Positions 44,780 to 53,976 of a stretch of DNA of 64,000 bases are shown here, in pieces. Position 1 is the first letter of the stretch. Each line of letters begins with the position of its first letter. Source of the stretch: an uncultured Pseudomonadota bacterium (GTDB taxonomy: Bacteria; Pseudomonadota; Gammaproteobacteria; Steroidobacterales; Steroidobacteraceae); contig CAISDJ010000027.1 of NCBI GenBank assembly GCA_903884105.1, positions 604 through 64,603 on the forward strand, in the 5' to 3' direction. The position numbers and the translations under genes were made by a program. The notes under the pieces were generated by a model. It was not told where the DNA came from, ran no database searches, and was given only the letters and a program-made list of their open reading frames with translations.

Positions 44780-47700
44780 ATGAACTTCGTTACCTGGGCC
44801 ATCCGCAATCCGACGCCCGTCATCGTGATGTTCATCGCGCTGATGATCGGCGGGCTCATCAGTTTCGAGCGGCTCGGCGTCCAGGACCTGCCGGACATCG
44901 AGTTTCCCACGGTCACGGTCTCCGTCGGCTATCCGGGCGTGCCTCCGTCGCAGATGGAGTCAGAGGTCACGCGCAAGATCGAAGATGCGGTGGCGACGGT
45001 CACCGGCGTCCAGCACATCCAGTCGCGCGTCAACGTCGGCTCCTCCACGACCACCGTCGAGTTCCTGTTCGACCGCGACATCAGCCAGGCGATGGACGAC
45101 GTGCGCGACGCGGTTACCCGCATCCGCAGCGACCTGCCGGCGGATGCCAACGAACCCATCGTCTCCCGCGCCACCACCGCGGGCCAGCCGATCCTGACCT
45201 ACAGCGTCGCCGCCGAAGGGATGAGCGATACGGACCTGTCGTGGTTCATCGATCTCACGGTCATGCGCGAGCTGACGGCCGTGGCCGGCGTGGGGCAGGT
45301 CAACCGCGTCGGCGGCGTGTCGCGCGAGATTCGCGTCGACCTCGATCCGGACCGGTTGACGGCCCTCGGCATCACGGCGGGCGACCTGTCGCGGCAGCTC
45401 GCACGCATCCAGGCCGAGTATCCGGGCGGCGAAGCGCGCATCGGCGGACTCGAGCAGAACGTGCGCACGGTCGGCACCATCACGTCCGCTCAGGAGCTGG
45501 CGGCGCTGCCGATCCTGTTGCCGGACGGGCGCAATCTGCGTCTCGATACCGTGGCCGAGATCAAGGACCAGGCGTCGGAGCGTCGGCAGCTCGCGCTGCT
45601 CGACGGCCAACCCGTTGTCGGCTTTGAAATCATGCGTGCCTGGGGCGCGAGCGCACTCGGCGTTGCTGATGACGTCCGCATTGCAGTGGAGAAGCTGCAG
45701 GCGGCGAACCCGAACGTGAAGTTCACGGAGGTCAGCTCTACCGTCGACTCTATTCGCCAGTCCTTCGACGTGTCGATGGAGATGTTGCTCGAGGGCGCGA
45801 TCCTCGCCATCGCCGTCGTCTGGTTCTTTCTGCGCGACTGGCGCGCAACCATCGTGTCTGCCGTCGCGCTGCCGCTCGCCATCATCCCGACGTTCTGGGC
45901 CATGCAGTTGCTCGGTTACACGCTGAATACGCTGACGTTGCTGGCCCTGTCGCTCGTCGTCGGCATGCTCGTGGACGATGCGATCGTGGAGGTCGAGAAC
46001 ATTTTCCGGCATCTGCGCATGGGCAAGACGCCCCTGCAGGCGGCCACCGATGCGGCCATCGAGATCGGTCTCGCCGTCGTGGCGACGACGCTGACGCTGT
46101 GCGCCGTGTTCGTGCCTGTTGCGTTCATGGGCGGCGTGCCGGGCGAATTCTTCCGCCCGTTTGCGTTCACGGCCACGGTCGCCGTGCTGTTCTCGCTGCT
46201 GGTGGCCCGCATGCTGACGCCGATGATGGCGGCCAACCTGATGCGCCCGCACGACCAGGGCCCGGAGACGAGCCCGATGAAGGAATGGTACCTGCGCTCC
46301 GTGACCTGGTGCCTCAGGCATCGGCGGATCACCCTGGGTGTCGCCACCGCGTTGCTGTTCGGTTCGCTCAGCCTGTTGCCGCTGTTGCCGCAGGGGTTCT
46401 CGCCTGCGGGCGATGCGGGCTTCACGGATGTTGTCGTCGAGCTGCCGCCCGGTGCCGCGCTGGAAGAGACCCATGCCATGGCCGAGGACGTGCGCGCCCG
46501 GTTGCAGGGGATTCCCGAGATCCAGCACGTCTACACGACGATCGGCAGTTCGCAAGCTGGCCGCGGGCCGGGCGATTCGGGGAGCAGCGGCAGCGTCAAT
46601 CGTGCCAGTCTCCAGGTCTTGCTGTCGCCCATCGACGATCGTGATCGCTCTCAGCAGGAGATCCAGCGCGACATCATGGCGCGCATCAAGGACGTGCCCG
46701 GCGTGCGCCTCTCGTTCGGCAACCAGTTCGGCAGCGCGATGCAGATCACGCTCGTCGGTGAAGACCCTGATGCGTTGAATGCCGCCGCTGCTGCGGTCGA
46801 GCAGGACATGCGTGGCATCCCGGGCCTCGGTATCGTGTCGTCGTCGGCCAGCCTCGTGCGTCCGGAGATCGTGGTCCGGCCGCTGCCCGAACGCGCCGCG
46901 GAACTGGGTGTCACAACGGAATCGCTCGGCATGGTCACTCGCATCGCGACGAGCGGCGACATCTCTGCCGGCCTCTCCAAGCTCAACCTGCCGTCGCGGC
47001 AGATCCCGATCCGCGTCCGGATGAACGACAAGGCCCGCACGGACGTGGACCAGATCGGCCTGCTGACAGTCTCCGGGCGTCAGGGCCCGGTGGCGTTGCG
47101 CAATGTCGCGGACATCTCCTTCGGGGCGGGCCCCGCGCAGATCTCGCGCTATGACCGCAACCGCAACGTCACCATCACCGCCGACCTCAACGGGCAGGCC
47201 CTCGGCGACATGCTGGCAGCCGCCCGCGCCACGCCATCGATGCAGCGCCTGCCGGAGACGGTGCGCGAAGTGGTGTCCGGGCAGGCCGAATTCTTCCGGC
47301 AGCTGATGTCGGGATTCCTGTTCGCGATGGCAATCGGCATCCTCTGCATCTACGCGCTGCTCGTCGTGCTGTTCAAGGACGCCTTCCAGCCCATCACCAT
47401 CCTGTCGGCGCTGCCGCCTTCGGCCGGCGGAGCCATCCTGTGCCTGTTCGTATTCCAGTTCGAGGTGTCGATCTCGTCGATGATCGGCATGTTGATGCTG
47501 ATGGGCATCGTGACGAAGAACTCGATCCTGCTCGTCGAGTATGCAGAGATGGCACAGCGGGAACACGGCATGGGGCGCTTCGAAGCGCTCGTCGATGCCT
47601 GCGCCAAGCGTGTCCGCCCGATCGTGATGACGACCATTGCGATGGGTGCGGGCATGTTGCCGATCGCGCTCGGGCTGTCCGGCGACTCGAGCTTCCGTGC

Positions 47701-47863
47701 GCCGATGGGTGTCACGGTGATCGGAGGTCTCGTTGCGTCGACCGCGCTCAGCCTGTTCGTCGTGCCCGTGATCTTCACCGTGGTCGACGACTTCCAGAAG
47801 TGGCTCAAGCGCAAGGTCGGGCGCAGCCCGGTGCCGGCCGTCGTCGCCCAGCCGACGGCCTGA
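44780..47863 (+). CDS. RND efflux permease (AcrB/HAE-type, 1027 aa)
   Basis: MNFVTWAIRNPTPVIVMFIALMIGG, 12 TM helices and two large periplasmic loops. The ORF part upstream of 44780 is in-frame read-through. Confidence 0.93.
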   Translation: MNFVTWAIRNPTPVIVMFIALMIGGLISFERLGVQDLPDIEFPTVTVSVGYPGVPPSQMESEVTRKIEDAVATVTGVQHIQSRVNVGSSTTTVEFLFDRDISQAMDDVRDAVTRIRSDLPADANEPIVSRATTAGQPILTYSVAAEGMSDTDLSWFIDLTVMRELTAVAGVGQVNRVGGVSREIRVDLDPDRLTALGITAGDLSRQLARIQAEYPGGEARIGGLEQNVRTVGTITSAQELAALPILLPDGRNLRLDTVAEIKDQASERRQLALLDGQPVVGFEIMRAWGASALGVADDVRIAVEKLQAANPNVKFTEVSSTVDSIRQSFDVSMEMLLEGAILAIAVVWFFLRDWRATIVSAVALPLAIIPTFWAMQLLGYTLNTLTLLALSLVVGMLVDDAIVEVENIFRHLRMGKTPLQAATDAAIEIGLAVVATTLTLCAVFVPVAFMGGVPGEFFRPFAFTATVAVLFSLLVARMLTPMMAANLMRPHDQGPETSPMKEWYLRSVTWCLRHRRITLGVATALLFGSLSLLPLLPQGFSPAGDAGFTDVVVELPPGAALEETHAMAEDVRARLQGIPEIQHVYTTIGSSQAGRGPGDSGSSGSVNRASLQVLLSPIDDRDRSQQEIQRDIMARIKDVPGVRLSFGNQFGSAMQITLVGEDPDALNAAAAAVEQDMRGIPGLGIVSSSASLVRPEIVVRPLPERAAELGVTTESLGMVTRIATSGDISAGLSKLNLPSRQIPIRVRMNDKARTDVDQIGLLTVSGRQGPVALRNVADISFGAGPAQISRYDRNRNVTITADLNGQALGDMLAAARATPSMQRLPETVREVVSGQAEFFRQLMSGFLFAMAIGILCIYALLVVLFKDAFQPITILSALPPSAGGAILCLFVFQFEVSISSMIGMLMLMGIVTKNSILLVEYAEMAQREHGMGRFEALVDACAKRVRPIVMTTIAMGAGMLPIALGLSGDSSFRAPMGVTVIGGLVASTALSLFVVPVIFTVVDDFQKWLKRKVGRSPVPAVVAQPTA

Positions 47864-47884
47864 CGGACGGCTTCGCGTAGGACG

Positions 47885-48700
47885 TCAGCGCCAGGACGGC
47901 CCGAAGGTCTGGCCGATGCCCAGCATCTGGCCGATCCCCTCGATCGGGATCATGTTCTGCCCGAACAGCACGCCCAGCGGGTGCTTGCTCAACCGGTAGG
48001 AACGCAGCGTGTCGAGCGGCTCTGTCCCGGTCGCAGTCCCCGTCTTCTGGTCGACGGTCGTGATCTTGCAGCGCGTGCAGGGCTTGACCGCACGCAGCGT
48101 CACGGTGTCGTCCGCCAGTTCGTGGAGGGCATCCTCGCCGTGCGGCTCCAATCCTGAAAGGACCAGGTTCGGCCGGAAGCGGTTCATCGGCAGCGGCGAC
48201 GGTAGTTTCTGGTTGAGGTGCGCAAGGCTCGCTTCCGACACGGCGAGCAGCGGGAAGCCATCCGAGAACTGGTTCAGAGCCGGCGTCTCCCCAGTCCATT
48301 CACGGTTGCTCTCGCGCCGGCCTGCAGGATTGAACCTGACCAGGCGATGGGGTGCGCCCAGGAAGCCGTCCAGCAGGTCAGCCGCGACAGTGCCCATGTC
48401 GAAGGCGCTGCAACGGTCGTTCCAGACGGTGGCGGTCGTCGCCTCTCCCTTCGCGTTGAAGGGAATGAACAATTCACCGACGCCTGGCATCTCGATCTGC
48501 AGGCCTTCGTCGTCAAGCCACGTGCCAATCAGGGCGAGCCGGGGCTCCTCGCGCTGCGTGACGAACCGGCCTGCGGGAGTGACGATCATCCACTCCCGAT
48601 CATGCTCGAGGCCGGTTGCAGTCAGCCTGGCCTGCGATACGGCGATGCCCCGGCAGGACTTGATGGGGTAGATGCGCAGTTCGGTCAAGGTGATGGACAC
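47885..48700 (-). CDS. MOSC domain protein (MOSC N-terminal beta-barrel plus MOSC)
   Basis: LRIYPIKSCRG N-terminal motif, RFRPNLVL, and a C-terminal CTRCKITTVDQ conserved Cys. Confidence 0.8.
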   Translation of the reverse strand: MSITLTELRIYPIKSCRGIAVSQARLTATGLEHDREWMIVTPAGRFVTQREEPRLALIGTWLDDEGLQIEMPGVGELFIPFNAKGEATTATVWNDRCSAFDMGTVAADLLDGFLGAPHRLVRFNPAGRRESNREWTGETPALNQFSDGFPLLAVSEASLAHLNQKLPSPLPMNRFRPNLVLSGLEPHGEDALHELADDTVTLRAVKPCTRCKITTVDQKTGTATGTEPLDTLRSYRLSKHPLGVLFGQNMIPIEGIGQMLGIGQTFGPSWR

Positions 48701-48756
48701 AGCGATGCCTGCGAGCGCTACGGAGACGGGTTCGGGAAGGCGTAACGGAATACGCC

Positions 48757-48785
48757 CGTTGCTTGACGGACAGCGCCGCTATAAT
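48757..48785 (+). promoter_or_regulatory. Candidate sigma70 promoter for the MFP-ABC operon
   Basis: Perfect TATAAT at 48780-48785. The upstream TTGCTT / TTGACG hexamers sit at sub-optimal spacing (15 and 11 nt). About 45 nt upstream of the ATG at 48830. Confidence 0.3.
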
Positions 48786-48829
48786 GCCCATGCGGCGCGC
48801 CCTGCTGCAAATGACCGTTGAGATGCTCT

Positions 48830-49981
48830 ATGCCACGTCGCACCTTGGCTGTCGTCGCCGGAATCGTCGTGGCAGCAGGGGCGTGGTTTGCGTATGCCTC
48901 GCGCCCGAGGCCCATCGATGTGGAAGTCGTCGCCGTCGATCGCGGGACGGTCGCCGAAACCGTCACCAACACGCGCGCCGGAACGATCGAGGCCTGCCGT
49001 CGCGCCAAGCTGGCGCCGCCCATGGGCGGGCAGATCGCCAAGCTGCACGTCAAGAAGGGCGATACCGTCAAGCGCGACCAGCTGCTGCTCGAGCTCTGGA
49101 ATGAGGATGCTCGCGCACAGGTCACGCTGGCGGAGCGGGACGTGGTGGCATCGCAGTCCCGCGCCGAGGAGGCGTGTGTCGGTGCTGCCGTTTCCCGCCG
49201 CGAAGCGACCCGCTACGCCTCCATGCTCGAGCGCAAGCTCGTGGCAGTTGATGCCGCCGAACGCAGCAAGGGCGATGCCGACAGTCGAGAAGCAGCTTGC
49301 CGCGCTGCCACCCAGAACACCCTGGTGTCCCGCTCGCGAGTCGATGCAGCCCGCGCCGCGCTCGATCGCACGCGGCTGCGTGCACCGTTCGACGGGGTGG
49401 TGGCGGAGATCAATGGCGAACTTGGCGAGTTCGTGACGCCGTCACCCATCGGTATTGCCACGCCGCCTGCGGTCGACGTCGTGGATACCAGCTGCATCTA
49501 TGTCACAGCACCCATCGACGAAGTCGACGCGCCGCGCATCCGGGAGGGCATGCCCTCCCGCGTCACGCTGGATGCCTTCCGCGACAAGCGCTTTCCGGCC
49601 CATGTGCGGCGCGTGGCTCCCTACGTGCTCGAAGTTGAAAAGCAGGCACGGACGGTGGAGATCGAGGCGGAACTTGATGTGCGGGACGACCGGACGCTGC
49701 TGCCTGGCTATAGCGCCGATGTGGAAGTCATCCTGGATGAGCGCGCCGATGTGTTGCGGGTGCCGACGCGCTCAGTGCTCGAGGGGAAGCGCGTCTATGT
49801 ATTCGATCCCGCGGCGGGCCGCGTGAATGCACGAGAGGTCACCACCGGCTTGAGCAACTGGGAGTTTACGGAAATCACTTCCGGTCTCGCCGCCGGCGAC
49901 CAGGTCGTGACCACGGTGGATCGAGCGAAGCTGGCAGACGGCGTCGCCGCCCGCATTGGTACGCCGGCCACCACCAAATGA
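48830..49981 (+). CDS. HlyD/MacA-type periplasmic adaptor
   Basis: N-terminal anchor MPRRTLAVVAGIVVAAGAWFAYA, coiled coil, and TRLRAPFDGVVAEI motif. Confidence 0.85.
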   Translation: MPRRTLAVVAGIVVAAGAWFAYASRPRPIDVEVVAVDRGTVAETVTNTRAGTIEACRRAKLAPPMGGQIAKLHVKKGDTVKRDQLLLELWNEDARAQVTLAERDVVASQSRAEEACVGAAVSRREATRYASMLERKLVAVDAAERSKGDADSREAACRAATQNTLVSRSRVDAARAALDRTRLRAPFDGVVAEINGELGEFVTPSPIGIATPPAVDVVDTSCIYVTAPIDEVDAPRIREGMPSRVTLDAFRDKRFPAHVRRVAPYVLEVEKQARTVEIEAELDVRDDRTLLPGYSADVEVILDERADVLRVPTRSVLEGKRVYVFDPAAGRVNAREVTTGLSNWEFTEITSGLAAGDQVVTTVDRAKLADGVAARIGTPATTK

Positions 49982-50664
49982 TCCGACTCGACAAGGTTTG
50001 CCGCCTCTTTCAGGTCGGCGACCAGGAAGTGCGCGCGCTCGATGACGTCTCCATGGTCATCGAGAACGGCGACTATCTTTCCATCATGGGGCCTTCGGGC
50101 TCCGGCAAGTCCACGCTGCTCAACGTCATCGGCCTGCTGGATCGCCCGACCAGTGGTACCTACACACTGGATGACCGCGAAACCACTGCGCTCAATGATG
50201 ATGAGCTCGCGCACACGCGGGCGCGGCGGATCGGCTTCATCTTCCAGTCGTTCCATCTCGTGTCGCGCATGACGGCCTTCGAGAACGTCGAGTTGCCACT
50301 GGTGCTGGCGGGTGTGGCTCCTGCAGAGCGCAAACCCCGCGTCAAGAAGTTGCTTGACGACCTGAGTCTCACTGATCGCGGTCACCATCGTCCGGACCAG
50401 CTCTCCGGCGGGCAGAGGCAACGAGTGGCGATTGCTCGCGCGATGGTGATGCAGCCGACAGTGCTGCTCGCCGATGAGCCCACTGGCAATCTCGACCACG
50501 CGTCGGGTGCGGAAGTGCTGGCGGCCATCGAGCAGTTGAATGCCCGAGGCATCACCCTGATCGTCGTGACCCACGACAATGAAGTGGGGGATCGTGCACA
50601 CCGCCATATCCGCATGCGCGATGGCAAGGTCGTGGACGATTTCGCCGGCAAGCGCACGCCGTGA
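49978..50664 (+). CDS. ABC transporter ATP-binding protein (MacB/LolD-type)
   Basis: GPSGSGKST, LSGGQRQRVAIARAM and VLLADEPTGNLD. ATGA overlap on both sides. Confidence 0.92.
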   Translation: MIRLDKVCRLFQVGDQEVRALDDVSMVIENGDYLSIMGPSGSGKSTLLNVIGLLDRPTSGTYTLDDRETTALNDDELAHTRARRIGFIFQSFHLVSRMTAFENVELPLVLAGVAPAERKPRVKKLLDDLSLTDRGHHRPDQLSGGQRQRVAIARAMVMQPTVLLADEPTGNLDHASGAEVLAAIEQLNARGITLIVVTHDNEVGDRAHRHIRMRDGKVVDDFAGKRTP

Positions 50665-51872
50665 GCCTCGCCGACCTCCTGAAGCTCGCCATCGATTCGA
50701 TCCTGCGCGCGCGCATGCGCAGCTCAATGCTGCTGCTCGCGATGGGGATTGGTGTCGCCGCAGTCATTGTCCTTACCGGTTTGGGAGAGGCGGCGCGGCG
50801 CTACGTGGCGGGGGAGTTCCAGGTCCTCGGCACGCGCCTGATCATCGTCATTCCGGGCCGTTCTGAAACCACCGGTATCCAGCCTGGACTGTTCAGCGGC
50901 GAGACCCCGCGTGACCTGACGTTGGGTGACGCACAGTCCCTGCGCGCCATACCCGATGTCGAGCGCGTCGCGCCGTTGATCATCGGAGCGGCCCCGATCT
51001 CTGCACGCGGTCGCGAGCGGGAAGTGCCGGTACTCGGCACGACGGCCGACTATATCGGTATCCAGACCACCGAAGTCACGGAGGGACAATTCCTGCCACC
51101 AGGCGAAATCGATGTCGATCGGGCGATCTGTGTCATTGGGTCGAATGTACGCCACGAGCTGTTCGGCGATGGGCCTGCGGTCGGCGAGTCGCTGCGAATC
51201 GGCGAGCGTCGCTTTCGAGTCGTCGGGGTGCTGGCGAACCAGGGACGGTCCATCGGCTTCGATACGCAGGAACTTGTCATCGTCCCTGTGAGTGCGGCGC
51301 AGGCGCTGTTCAATTCGGGGTCACTCTTTCGCGTGCTGGTGCAGACCCGCAGTCGGGACTCGATGCTGCGAATCCGGGACCGGGTGATCGCGGTCATCAA
51401 GGCGAGGCATCAGGGGGAGGAGGACGTCACCGTCATTACCCAAGATGCGCTGCTTGCCACATTCGACCGGATCTTTACGGCGTTGACGCTGACGTTGGCT
51501 GGCATCGCATCGATCAGTCTTTGCGTAGCAGGCATCCTGGTCATGAACGTGATGTTGGTGGCCGTCAGCCAGCGCACGGCCGAGATCGGGCTCCTCAAGG
51601 CCATCGGCGCGACTCGACGTCAGGTGCTGTCGATATTCCTCGCTGAAGCGCTGCTGCTGTCCCTGGCCGGTGCTGTGGTCGGTATCGCAGTCGGACAGGC
51701 CGCGAGCTGGTTCGTGCGCAAGTTGTATCCCGCGTTGCCGCTTGCCGCGCCGTTGTGGGCCTATGTCCTCGCGGTCACGACCGCGCTGGTCAGTGGCATC
51801 GTGTTCGGCATGCTGCCCGCGCGTCGTGCGGCACGGCTTGATCCCGTCGAAGCGTTGTCGGGGCGGAAGTAA
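50661..51872 (+). CDS. FtsX/MacB-type ABC permease, subunit 1
   Basis: TM1, then a MacB-type periplasmic domain of about 220 aa, then 3 TM helices containing EIGLLKAIGATRRQV. Confidence 0.88.
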   Translation: MSLADLLKLAIDSILRARMRSSMLLLAMGIGVAAVIVLTGLGEAARRYVAGEFQVLGTRLIIVIPGRSETTGIQPGLFSGETPRDLTLGDAQSLRAIPDVERVAPLIIGAAPISARGREREVPVLGTTADYIGIQTTEVTEGQFLPPGEIDVDRAICVIGSNVRHELFGDGPAVGESLRIGERRFRVVGVLANQGRSIGFDTQELVIVPVSAAQALFNSGSLFRVLVQTRSRDSMLRIRDRVIAVIKARHQGEEDVTVITQDALLATFDRIFTALTLTLAGIASISLCVAGILVMNVMLVAVSQRTAEIGLLKAIGATRRQVLSIFLAEALLLSLAGAVVGIAVGQAASWFVRKLYPALPLAAPLWAYVLAVTTALVSGIVFGMLPARRAARLDPVEALSGRK

Positions 51873-53071
51873 TGCGTACCGCCGATCTGCTGCGACTGAC
51901 GGCGAGTTCGGTGACATCACACCGCTTGCGGGCGGGGTTGACTGCGCTTGGCATAGCCATTGGCGTCACTGCTGTGGTCTTGCTGACGTCCATCGGTGAG
52001 GGCGTGCACCGCTTCGTGTTGTCGGAATTCACTCAATTCGGCACCAACATCATCACGGTTACCCCGGGGAAGACGCAGACTTTCGGTGGGTCCCTCGGAG
52101 CACTCAATTCAGTGCGGCCCCTCACCATCGATGACGTGGAGGCACTGAATCGTGCTCCCTACGTGCTGGCGGCCGATCCGGTGGTCCAGGGCAATGCCGA
52201 GGTGGAATTTGCCGGTCGCAAGCGCCGAACGACGGTTTATGGCGTCGGACCCGGGTTTGCGGAGGCGTTTCATTTCGGTGTCGCGGAGGGGGCCTTCCTG
52301 CCCGAGGACGATCCGCGTGCGCCCCGAGCGCTGGCCGTTCTCGGTTCCCGCATGTACAGCGAGCTCTTTGGCAGGGAGAGCGCGATCGGCCAGACGATTC
52401 GTGTCGGAGGGCAGCGTTACCGCATCGCGGGTGTCATGGAGTCGAAGGGGACAACGCTCGGATTCGATCTCGATGACACGGTGTACGTTCCCGCCACGCT
52501 GGGACTCGCATTGTTCAATCGATCGAGCCTGTTCGAGGCGAATGTCCTCTACTCCGAAGATGCCCCGCTGGCGGAGGTCGTCGAGTCGATCAAGACGATC
52601 CTGACGGCCCGGCATCGTTCCGAGGATTTCACGATCACGACGCAGCAGCAGATGCTCGATTCGCTGGGATCCGTCCTGTCGGTGCTGACGTTCGCGGTCG
52701 GTGCACTCGGCAGCATCTCGCTGCTGGTCGGGGGCGTGGGGATCTTCACGATCATGGTCATCGGCGTACGCGAACGGACGGCGGAAATCGGTCTGCTGCG
52801 GGCACTGGGAGCGGAACGGCGGCAGATCCTGGCGCTCTTCCTCATCGAGGCCATGTTTCTGTCTGCCGTGGGGGGTGTCCTGGGCCTGGTAGTGGGTCTC
52901 GGCATTGCGGCAGTCCTTGATCTGGCGATGCCCTCATTGCCCGTGAGCTACGCGCCCGGCTTCATCGCGCTCGCCGAGGTCCTCGCCATCGTGATCGGCC
53001 TCATTGCAGGCATCCTGCCTGCCGCCAATGCGGCGAGGCTTGAACCCGTGAACGCGTTAAGGGCGGAATAA
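51872..53071 (+). CDS. FtsX/MacB-type ABC permease, subunit 2
   Basis: Same architecture as subunit 1 (EIGLLRALGAERRQI), with a 1-nt overlap to the upstream gene. Confidence 0.88.
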   Translation: MRTADLLRLTASSVTSHRLRAGLTALGIAIGVTAVVLLTSIGEGVHRFVLSEFTQFGTNIITVTPGKTQTFGGSLGALNSVRPLTIDDVEALNRAPYVLAADPVVQGNAEVEFAGRKRRTTVYGVGPGFAEAFHFGVAEGAFLPEDDPRAPRALAVLGSRMYSELFGRESAIGQTIRVGGQRYRIAGVMESKGTTLGFDLDDTVYVPATLGLALFNRSSLFEANVLYSEDAPLAEVVESIKTILTARHRSEDFTITTQQQMLDSLGSVLSVLTFAVGALGSISLLVGGVGIFTIMVIGVRERTAEIGLLRALGAERRQILALFLIEAMFLSAVGGVLGLVVGLGIAAVLDLAMPSLPVSYAPGFIALAEVLAIVIGLIAGILPAANAARLEPVNALRAE

Positions 53072-53149
53072 TCCAGAAAGTTGCCGCGGTGCAAGATCTG
53101 GCCTGAGCGGTCCGTTCGGTCTGCCGCCGGCCCGTTCTGTGAAGCCAAT

Positions 53150-53203
53150 AGTGCAATTAAATTAATGAATATTCTTATATTTTAATGAATTAATGGCGGC
53201 ACT
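53150..53203. repeat. Isolated 40-bp AT-rich core with two TTAATGAAT direct repeats, flanked by AGTGC/GCACT
   Basis: 53155-53194 contains only three G/C. TTAATGAAT occurs at 53162-53170 and 53182-53190, 20 bp apart. The 5-bp inverted flanks are at 53150-53154 and 53199-53203. Confidence 0.5.
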
Positions 53204-53361
53204 GTAATCTTCGAGTTTCTGAGATTCTCACCCCAATAGGAGCGCCGCACGGAGAGGAGCGGCGAGAACAGCCAAGAAATAGGCATCTGCGACGCAGCAA
53301 ATTAAGCTTGAACTGTACCGACTGGACGGTAAACTGCGGAGACTCCCTATACGGGTCCCGC

Positions 53362-53976
53362 ATGTTCAGTCTTCCGCAAAACCCTCCCGTTGCCATCCGC
53401 GATCGCATCCTCGACGCCGTCGGCCAGCTCTCCATGTCGCTCGGTGCAGGCAACTTTACGCTCGAGCAGGTGGCGCAGGCTGCCGGTGTCAGCAAGGGCG
53501 GGCTGCTGTACCACTTCCCGACGAAGGAAGCCCTGTTGCTGGCGATGGGGGAGCGCTTCCTGCAAACCTTCGAGTCTGGCCGGCGTGAGGCCCGTGAGCA
53601 TTTGCCCGACGAACCTTCCGCCGACCTCAAAGCCAGCGTGCTTGGCATGCTGTGCCGGCCGTCGTCCGAGATCTGCCAGGGCGCTGCGATTCTCACTGCG
53701 GCTGCCAATGACCCGGCACTGGTCGAGATGTTTCGCACTTGTCTTGCCGACTATACGAACGAGCTGGCCACCTGGCCGGGCTCGTTCGAGCGTAAAGCCA
53801 TCGTCTCACTCGCCGTCGATGGGCTGATGCTCCGCGAAGCCTTGCGTGTCTCCCCCTTTTCTTCCGCTCAGCGTGATGCCGTGATCCACGCGCTGCTCCA
53901 GCTCGCGGACGAGTCCTGTTGCCAGACAGTGGCACCGGACACCGAACCGCAGGATTCCAAGCAGGTACTCCCATGA
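53362..53976 (+). CDS. TetR/AcrR-family transcriptional regulator
   Basis: HTH region FTLEQVAQAAGVSKGGLLYHFPTKEALL. Its stop overlaps the start of the adaptor gene. Confidence 0.85.
   Translation: MFSLPQNPPVAIRDRILDAVGQLSMSLGAGNFTLEQVAQAAGVSKGGLLYHFPTKEALLLAMGERFLQTFESGRREAREHLPDEPSADLKASVLGMLCRPSSEICQGAAILTAAANDPALVEMFRTCLADYTNELATWPGSFERKAIVSLAVDGLMLREALRVSPFSSAQRDAVIHALLQLADESCCQTVAPDTEPQDSKQVLP

Noticed and set aside
44960-47566. An 868-aa minus-strand ORF antisense to the RND permease. Similar long antisense ORFs occur at 1169-2758, 20348-21415, 33146-34612, 38637-40355, 43503-44651, 53868-54977, 55037-56434, 57230-58396 and 60433-61389.
   Set aside because: Their Arg/Gly/His/Pro/Asp-rich, low-complexity composition is typical of shadow ORFs in high-GC DNA. 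Each lies opposite a gene with unmistakable family motifs.
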